Below, one piece after another: positions 35,677 to 44,436 of a stretch of 44,436 bases of DNA. The first letter of the stretch is position 1; every line of letters starts with the position of its first letter. The stretch covers positions 1 to 44,436 of the forward strand of contig NW_021834979.1 of assembly GCF_006345805.1 (NCBI RefSeq), in the 5' to 3' direction. A program made the translations under genes and the position numbers. The notes under the pieces were generated by a model. It had not been told where the DNA came from. It worked only from the letters and a program-made list of their open reading frames with translations, and did no database searches. The stretch comes from Octopus sinensis (lineage: Eukaryota).

Positions 35677-36227
35677 ACATTGAAGCTGCGATATATTTCA
35701 AGTACTTCACCTTATGTAGATTACAGAATATAGCGCCAAATGACAAGCAGCAAGTCTCATTCACAAGAACCTATAAATTTTAATATTCAACAAGAACCGA
35801 ATCAAAATTAAAAATACATGAAAATATGGTAGGAGAGAAGAGAAATTGAATCGATAAATTACATATAATATTTGGGCTAATGAAAAGAAATAAATATTTA
35901 TCCGTTGACAACGCGATGACACAAGGAGAAATATCACATTTCTAATGTTATTAGACGCGATTCTTTCTTCATCTTCTTCACACATTATAGATCTAAACAA
36001 AATGGCTGAACATCATATAAAGCGTCTCAGATGTCCAAATGTGAAAGTATGGCTTCGTCGTTTAACATGTTGATACATAGACTGTTCATTAAAAGCGTTC
36101 TATAATTCACATCGTCTAACGGTTAAGCGTCGTATGCGCCCTGCTGCTTCTCTTGTCGCTTCTGTCGCTTCTGTTTTTGCTAGAAATACCAGTAATGAAG
36201 AAGACACAGCAGGAGTGATATTTCTAT

Positions 36228-36650
36228 ATCATCATCATCATCATCCTCATGGCTCGGCTTCGCGAACGAAGATCAGGAAGGCTGTCCCCGTCGCGTGCAT
36301 GCACGCTCATGACTGACAAGTCCAATATGGGAAAGGCAGGTCCGTGAGCAGTGTCCACAGACGAAGGTATCATCCGGTGTGGTGTCAGAGGCGGCTCGCG
36401 ACTTCCTTCTGCGTATCTTGTCCTTAAGTGCATCTCTTCTTTGTTCCTCAGACTTGCTGACTGCGTTGAAGATCGTGTGGCGCCAGACATCACGGTCCAC
36501 AGCCAGGTCTGACCAGCATTGGTGGTTAATATGACGTACTGTTAGAGACTTCTTGAGGCAGTCTTTGTAGCGCTTCCTCGGAGCTCCTCTCACTCGGTGG
36601 CCAGTGGAAGGCGATGGTTCTCCATTCTGGAGACATGCCTTGCCCATTAT
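36228..36650 (-). mobile_element. 5'-truncated RTE-clade LINE 3' end
   Basis: GHRVRGAPRKRYKDCLKKSL...W..LAVDRDVWR...FVCGHCSRTCLSHIGLVSHERAC (RTE C-terminal zinc finger), then a short UTR and a (GAT)n tail. Confidence 0.88.
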
Positions 36651-36859
36651 ATAAATAATAGGAAAACACAGTGTTATACCTGACTAAAAAGGATATGCAT
36701 TTGGATGCTTATTATAAGAGACGATTGTCATGGTAGGAAAGTATTTGTTAATATTTCTTCTGTGACGTCTGTTTTGTACTCAAAGACACCAATATGTGCA
36801 TAACTACTGCATTTGTTGTATAATATGATATTCTTTTATACTCTAAGCACAAGACATGA

Positions 36860-36990
36860 CATGTCTGTGGAGGGAGCCAGTCGAATAGATCGACCCCAGT
36901 ACGCAACTGGTGGTTAATTTATCGACCCCGAGAGGATGAAACGCAAAGTCGACCTCGGCGGAATTTGAACTCAGAACGCAAAGATAGACG
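36860..36990 (-). mobile_element. SINE family B fragment
   Basis: gatcgaccccagtacgcaactgg...gtcgacctcggcggaatttgaactcagaacg. Confidence 0.8.
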
Positions 36991-38216
36991 ATAGACCCTG
37001 GCGAGAATATACTGGACCACTACATAGAAATAGTAGCGGTCTGACTAAGTGAGTTAGTTCAAGATTGCAGACTTCAACTATGTCTACCATATATTGACAT
37101 AGTAGCGTATCTACGTCTTACGTGTTTTCATCTCTTACTAAAATGTCATTTGTTCCTTCCAACAATTAATGAAGTTTCTGGTGCAGTTTTATATCTCTAA
37201 TAAACACACTCTCGATATTTTTGGTATTTCCGTCTCCAGGGTTGACAGCAACGTGTTTTGCGGTGCCTACCCTCTTCATATATCAAGTAGAATTTCTTAA
37301 GGTCGTTACCCCCAATTAAGCAAATATAGTCGCGTAGTGTATAAATCTTATTAGAGTTTAATTATAATTAAATATTCATTAGTCATATTTTAATTAGTCG
37401 CTGTCACGGAAAAATCGAGAGCATTATTTTATGCCTTGGGTACCAAGGAACTTTTAAACTTTTCCTTTTCAAACAAATTACATTTAATGTACTCTCTGTC
37501 ATATGTATACAGTTGTGTTATTTCTGCGAATTCTGCATATTTCTAAGAACTTGGATTCAGGCGTTTTGGTATTTTGGTTAATTATTTTTCTACTTATTTT
37601 GTTTTGTATTTAATAATTTTCAAGTCATCTGTGAGAATACAGATGGTTTTTAATGGCCATGTTGTTAATATTTCTACTTCCAGATATTTATGTTCCGTTA
37701 ACCTTCAAGTGTACGCGGATACCCTCGGTGTGAGTCATGTGAAATAATTAAACAAGGAACAACTAAAGCTTTCAAGAACCGGAAGGAATTGAAAGTGAAT
37801 GTAAATATGAATTGCAAAGCAAAACAGTCGCAACTGTTGCATTACATATATATTATGCAACGAGAATTACATTGGAGAAACAGGGACGAAATCAAATCAA
37901 CCAACCGTGTAAGCGTGCACATACAGCAAAATAGATATGCACCTCTCAGAAATGTTCCAGGCTGTACACATCTAGACGTTTGTGGAAACAAAATTTTAAA
38001 TATTTCCCCTTTACAAAATAAAAGTTGAAAATGTTCAATTGAGAAAGACAAAAGGAACTTAGTTTGAAATAATTCCGGAAACGAAACAGGAAGGAGTCAA
38101 CACGATTGGTGAAACAACTTCCTCTATATGCAGCAGCCCAGAATATGTGTGATTAAAGAGTGTAACAAGAAAGGTGCTTACCCACGATTTACACACCAGG
38201 CACAAAATACACATTA

Positions 38217-38650
<434 letters not shown>

Positions 38651-38915
38651 AAAATTCTTTCCCAAAAGCTGATGACAGCTTGTGTTAATATTTCTTTAAA
38701 CTAGATTAAATGCCAACGACACAAAAGTAGTAGAAGCAACCAAGGAAACTTCTGATGCTAATCTTCTACAGAAAGACAATCATCACCTCATCATTTCTGT
38801 CTCCTTAAGGTATATTTTCTATTACCTTCCTTTGTGACAATGTTTATAAAAAATTAGTAAAGACACCCTTCGGTCACCAATGATACAGAAAGTTCTCCTC
38901 CGAGGCACAAGTCTA

Positions 38916-39218
38916 GGCAACAGTGTTTCTTTGTGACATAACAGGCAGGAACATGGATTCGAATTCTTCATAAGAAGCGCTGTCTTTCACAGTAAGGCCA
39001 TGAAATATGATGTTTTTGTTGGTATCTTCCCAGATTTGCAGATCAGATTTACGTACAATCAACAAGTCTATCAACTTTTCATTATAAATCTCTAAAATTG
39101 ACAATTTCATTTTATAAGTATGCATTTCATGTGTAGCAGTTTCAATGGCCTGGAATAAATCCCTTAATGCTCGTGAAACAATTCCTGGCTTATCACTGGT
39201 TCCGACCATTGTATAGGT
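38916..39218 (-). pseudogene. KIF22: Isolated kinesin motor-domain fragment, most similar to kinesin-10 KIF22/Kid
   Basis: TYTMVGTSDKPGIVSRALRDLF...LSILEIYNEKLIDLL...DLQIWEDTNKNIIFHGLTVKDSASYEEFESMFLP...RNTVA parallels KIF22 [21 protein letters not shown]...SYLEIYQEKVLDLL...[42 protein letters not shown] (recalled, not aligned by tool). It lacks the P-loop GK and SSRSH, and ends in a stop codon. Confidence 0.75.
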
Positions 39219-39229
39219 CCAGGAAAACT

Positions 39230-39458
39230 TTCTGTGCAAGATCATCAGTCACCCATGTACACCAGTTTCCCCTCTCTACACCATCGATGTTGTCCTAGGG
39301 AAAGGCAAAGCCGATTCGGCTCAGCATCAGTGGCGTCGCAACTCATTTCTACCACTGAGTGAACTGGAACGACTTGAAATACAGTGCCTTATGAAAGAAG
39401 CGAACTCACAACTACATGATTGTAAGCTCCATACACTAGCCATCTGAGCCATGCGCCG
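39230..39458 (-). mobile_element. SINE with a family C-type head
   Basis: Reverse complement ggcgcatggctcagatggctag...gttgtgagttcg...ccagttcactcagtggtagaaatgagttg aligns with 3267-3410. Confidence 0.7.
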
Positions 39459-40759
39459 TCGACAATATTTAATAATGCTGTTGTAACTTCCGCTGCGGGA
39501 AACCCGACCAATTCTTATTTTTCTCTAGTCTCTTTTCATTAAAATTACACACAAGGAAAAACCCATTCGTTTCCGCCGTCCACTATTCCTGGGAGAGTCT
39601 TTGGAGTAGACTTTTCTGACACCTTCGCCATAGTGTCATTTCATAATTAAATACCCCTAGATCCCTCAGCTGAATTTCTAAGCGCGACTAATTGAAACTA
39701 TATATATTATTTAACCGACGAATCCCATTTCGGCCATTTGTATTCGTTATCGTACTCTTTCGGTCATTACCAAACATTCATTTCCATAGATGAGGATTGT
39801 GACGAAAACCGAATTGAAGAATCAAGTTTGGCCTTTTGCCAGTCTTTCATCTGTTGAGGATTGGCTGTTGGAGCTGCCACGTGACTGTACCAACACCTGT
39901 AAATCCAGCTTCCACTCGTCATTTGTCAATATGGTCATAGAAATAATTAATCTTCTCTACATGCAAAGGTATTGGTCTTTTCTTGTGAGAACCCAATTTT
40001 CATAACACCTATTCTTTACTTCGTTTTGCAACACACGGCAGCAAACATATTTGGTTTATGTTGGAGATCACCGTTTAATGAGCCAAGTAGCATCGTGTTA
40101 TTGCGCATGTCAATCCAGTTCATAACAATTATGAAAACAAATGGTGTCTGTGACACAGTCGCATAATCTTCCGATAGTTTTTGCAATCTACTTCATTATA
40201 AGACTTTTGTAGTTTCTGAAAGTTATTCCTCAAACAGCTGGTTTATTAATACCCGTTAATTTCTTTTAATTTCTTTTTCTTTTTACATCTAACTCACTCT
40301 TAAACATTAATCTTACGTGTGTGTAATAATCCTTCTTAGAATTTTGTGTTTATTTTATCTGTCTGCCTCGTTAATTCTGAAGTATTTCTGAATATGTGTT
40401 TGCTCAAATTCTCTTATCTGTGTTTCCTTGTACTAACATAATAATAAATCGCTATTGTCATTTTCGTCATGGAGAGTGATAGCTGGCTAATAATACGTTA
40501 TCTAGACGCCTGTCTGAATTCCAAAGTTACACAGAATTTTTCCATTGTCTTTCTCTAAAGCCAGGTGCAAGTTCGTATGCGTACGAGAGAATTTAGTGTA
40601 GCTGCTTTTGAAATTTCATAGAAAGGCTATGTACAGTGGCTTGACGACATTGTTGTCTCTAATTGTATTTTGTCGAGGTCACCATAGAACCATGTGGTTC
40701 ATTACCCAAGAAAATATATCAAACATATTACATATTTCAAAACTAAATCATATTTCAAA

Positions 40760-40915
40760 ACTCCTGTGTGGAGTGGTGTATCTTTCGTATCCGTGCTTCC
40801 TCAGGATGCACTAATTTTTTTATTTTTCCATTTTCGTACTTTTTCTGTTGAAGGACTAACGTCCGAAACTTCATAGTGTTCTGATTTCAATTGCTGAAAC
40901 ATTAAAATAATATCA
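40760..40915 (+). mobile_element. Penelope-like terminal fragment with decayed hammerhead (40840-40876)
   Basis: ttttt-ctgttga-a-ggac-taac-gtcc-gaaa-ct-tc-atag; perfect stem II. Confidence 0.5.
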
Positions 40916-41165
40916 ATAATAAATCTCTGAACGAGGTATAAACAGTAACTGCACGACAATGTGAGGGATATTTGCCATCTCAATATGGCTAACCACTAAG
41001 GGTGGGTGTTACTGTAGCTTGTAGCCCCAGGAGAACATCGTCTCCAGCTGGCTTAGGGCACAGAAAGTGTGCCTAAAGCCAGCTAGAGACGATGTTCTCC
41101 TGGGGCTACAAGCTACAGTAACACCCATCCTTAGTGGTTAGCTATACTGAGATGGCGAATATCCC
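40914..41165. mobile_element. Family H copy 3: 201-bp fold-back (40965-41165) without the hammerhead spacer
   Basis: gggatatttgccatctc...ggcttagggcac / gtgtgcctaaagcc...gagatggcgaatatccc. The arms are homologous to 35212-35318 and 10590-10680. Confidence 0.85.
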
Positions 41166-41279
41166 TAAAATAATATCATTGTTTGACTATTGAAATTGAA
41201 GTACATTTCTCTTCTCGAGTTGCAGTACTTAATGTTTCCAGACTCTGCACTGCAAACACAGTTATATTTTAATATTTGA

Positions 41280-41460
41280 CCGCATGTGTATCGTTGACAA
41301 TTTTCTTTCTCCGTCTTCCCTTCTTTGAGCTTTTTCTAAATTTCTGATGAAGAGCTCCGCCCGAAACGTGGAATCCACTTTCTTTTTTTCCTTTGCTGAG
41401 CGTCTAATAACACATCATCGCGTTGATTTTTTTCTTGCTTGTTCATGTTTGGATTGACTA
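41280..41460 (+). mobile_element. Penelope-like terminal fragment with decayed hammerhead (41338-41376)
   Basis: ttt-ctgatga-a-gagc-tcc-gccc-gaaa-cg-tg-gaat; canonical CUGAUGA/GAAA but a GUG triplet. Confidence 0.55.
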
Positions 41461-41508
41461 TATATATATATAACGTTCGTAGGTGTTAGTATTCGTATGT
41501 TGTATATA

Positions 41509-41558
<50 letters not shown>

Positions 41559-41577
41559 TATATATATATATGTATGT

Positions 41578-41627
<50 letters not shown>

Positions 41628-41637
41628 GTAGTATATA

Positions 41638-41696
<59 letters not shown>

Positions 41697-42909
41697 ATTT
41701 ATGTTTCTTTCTGTCACTGACGAAGCAAAATATTCCTAAATGCAAAGCTAGAAGTCCGGGATCTGGAATTATCCAGTAATTTTTTTAATAGTTCCATCTT
41801 GTCTCACACACCATCATCGGTTGTCAAGCGATGTTGGGGGGACACACACAAACATACACACACACACACACGTACACACACACACACACAATCACACACA
41901 CACACACACACACAGACACACACACACATATATATATATATACATATACATAAACATATAAGTTCTGGGCTGAAAATAGAACTGCTGTGATCTATTCGTT
42001 CGACTAAACCGTTCAAGGCGTTGCTACAGCATGGCCGATATCTAAATACTGAAACCAGGTTGAAGATGTAGAAAAATATAAGATATATAAACTTCGTGGA
42101 AACGTAGCCATGTGCTTGCTCAGAGAAGAAAGATCAACGGCAATATTATTAGCAAATGCCTCGTAGTTTGTTCGAAGGCGATGGTTCTGCTACATTCTGT
42201 GTGCAAATTAAAATAACGTTTGCACAAAGAAACACAGATAAGAGTCTTTAAATAAACACTTATTTAGAAATAGTTAAAGAAAGGAAGAAGCAGACAGATA
42301 AAACAGTTACATAACATTAAGATAGATTATTTGCAGACACGTTCGACGCATGCGCAACAAAATCTTAAGTGCCAGCGAGGAAGAGGTAAATGAGATTTAC
42401 AGATACCGTCAATGAAAGAAGCATATATGTCCTGCGGGCTTTATTCTTGCATTAGTTTCTCACACCTCAAACCATTCATAGCGGGAAAGCCAGATTTAGT
42501 GATACAGAAATGGATTGTAATATGAATATTTATGAGGCTCATTAATATTAATTAGGAGCATAAATAATTATGAGATGCGTAAATATCTAAGTCATACGTT
42601 ATGTATTCAATTTGATAGACTTATGTTACTCCTGACATAATACGGCAGATATTGAGATCTTTTATTGTGTATTGCTGGAGGTTTACAGGAATACTCATGT
42701 GGCATGATGTGATTTGCTAGAGATAGACGCTAAGTGACCTCTTATCAACTGTTACAGGATTAAACAGAGGAGTATATGGAATTCTAGTGGCATTATTTCT
42801 TGAGGAAAAATGATCAAAGATAGAATATTGTTACTGTAACTCTCTATAAACATAACAGGACAAACTTGGGGCGTTAATTACACAAGACCCATAACAAAAT
42901 AACAAGAAC

Positions 42910-43051
42910 GACAACGACGAGGAAAACAATAACAATAACAACAATAATAATGATGATGATAATAATAATAACAACAACAAAAACAATAGTAATAGTAATA
43001 ATACTAATAATAATAATAAATAATAATAATGTTGAGATAATAATAATAATA

Positions 43052-43094
<43 letters not shown>

Positions 43095-43117
43095 TAAAAA
43101 TAATAATAATGATAATA

Positions 43118-43170
<53 letters not shown>

Positions 43171-43232
43171 TTAATGATAATAGAAAACACTCGGCGAGAA
43201 ACGGAAGAAAATTTAAAGAAAGAAGGAAAAAC

Positions 43233-43283
<51 letters not shown>

Positions 43284-43392
43284 TAATAATAATAATTGTA
43301 ATAATAATAATAACAACAATAATAATAATATAATAATAATAATAATATAATAAAAAAATAATAGTAATAATAATAATAATATAATAATAATG

Positions 43393-43430
<38 letters not shown>

Positions 43431-43450
43431 TGTAATAATAAAAATAATGA
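42910..43450. repeat. Long (AAT)n field
   Basis: Direct reading. Confidence 0.95.
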
Positions 43451-43537
43451 TAACAATGTGCCTTGAGTAACGCTGCGATGGACTGGCGTCCCACCCAGCT
43501 GGGGAGGGAACACATACGACTTAGAAACCGGAAACAA

Positions 43538-43995
43538 ATTAAGTACCAGTTACGCACTGGGGTCGATGTAATCGACTTAATCCCTTTGTATGTCCTTGTT
43601 TGTCTTCTTTTTGTGTAACCCCTTGTGGGTAGTAAAGAAATAGGTATTTCGTCTGCCGTTAAGTTCCGAGTTCAAATTACGCCAGGGTATACTTTGCCTT
43701 TCATCTTTTCGTTGTCGATAAATTAAGTACCAGTTACGCACTGGGGTCGATGTAATCGACTTAATCCGTTTGACTGACCTTGTTTGTCCCCTCTATGTTT
43801 AGCCCCTTGTGGGCAGTAAAAAATAAGAATCGTTAGTACGCCGGGTGAAATGTTTAGTGGTGTTTCCTCTATCATTATGTCCAAATTCCACTGTGTTCGA
43901 CTTCACCTATCATCATTTCGAGGTAGATAAATTAAGTACCAGTTGCGTAATGGATTCGATCTAATCGACTGACCTTGTGCCTAGAGTAGAAAATG
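43538..43995 (+). mobile_element. SINE family B tandem bodies (~1.6 units) followed by a further diverged copy
   Basis: aattaagtaccagttacgcactggggtcgatgtaatcgacttaatcc occurs at ~43538 and ~43720, and a third related block ends in ttgtgcctagagtagaaa (~43995). Confidence 0.8.
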
Positions 43996-44436
43996 ATATA
44001 TATTCTATCGGCTTGGAAAGTATGAAATGCAACGTCGATCACGATGGAATTCGAACTCGGGATGTAAAGCCAGATGAAATGCCGCTATCCCTAATATATC
44101 ATGGAGGCAAGCAATACTTATACAGATGAATTTACTAGGTGGAAACTGTGAGGAAGCCCACTGACCATATATGGCTACTTGTATATGTACATATAATTAT
44201 GTATGTATTTGTGTATGTTTTTTTGTGTGTTTGTGTGTTCACCTACACCACTTGAAATCCCTGTTAGTATATTTACGTCCATGGAATGTAGTGGTACGAC
44301 AAAAAATATCGATAGAGTAAGTACTTGGCTTGCAGACTTAGAAACTTAGTACAATTCGTTCCATTAATGAATGGCTGAAGTGTAATGACCGAAAGAGCTA
44401 TTAGGTAAACGATAAATATACATAACCACATGCACA

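Noticed and set aside
39470-39620. E2F-like site (gcgggaaa) upstream of the KIF22 fragment as a promoter
   Set aside because: A single short motif separated from the fragment by a SINE, with no 5' kinesin exons.
39790-40200. Possible degenerate LINE RT on the minus strand
   Set aside because: Only scattered weak resemblances across frames, with no clear YADD-type motif.

Overview
Repeat-saturated, gene-poor eukaryotic window. The tRNA-derived SINE families and very dense (TA)n/(TATC)n/(AAT)n/(GAT)n tracts suggest a cephalopod such as Octopus (inference from pattern recognition, not verified). No complete host gene is visible, and almost all long ORFs in the ORF track are microsatellite artefacts. 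Recognisable coding pieces: a 5'-truncated R4/Dong-type non-LTR element (RT + CCHC + restriction-like endonuclease) sitting in an (AAT)n tract, two RTE-type LINE 3' ends, a Helitron PIF1-like helicase fragment, a duplicated Penelope-like RT relic, a zinc-knuckle ORF1 relic, and an isolated KIF22-like kinesin motor fragment next to a SINE. The most striking signal is a set of small non-coding elements carrying minimal type-I hammerhead ribozyme motifs, often nested between long inverted arms. One family has three copies (10.4, 35.2 and 40.9 kb) with compensatory base changes and permuted block order, suggesting a Penelope-related, retrozyme-like RNA system. All assignments were made by eye, and repeat boundaries are approximate (roughly 10-20 bp) unless given as exact motif positions.
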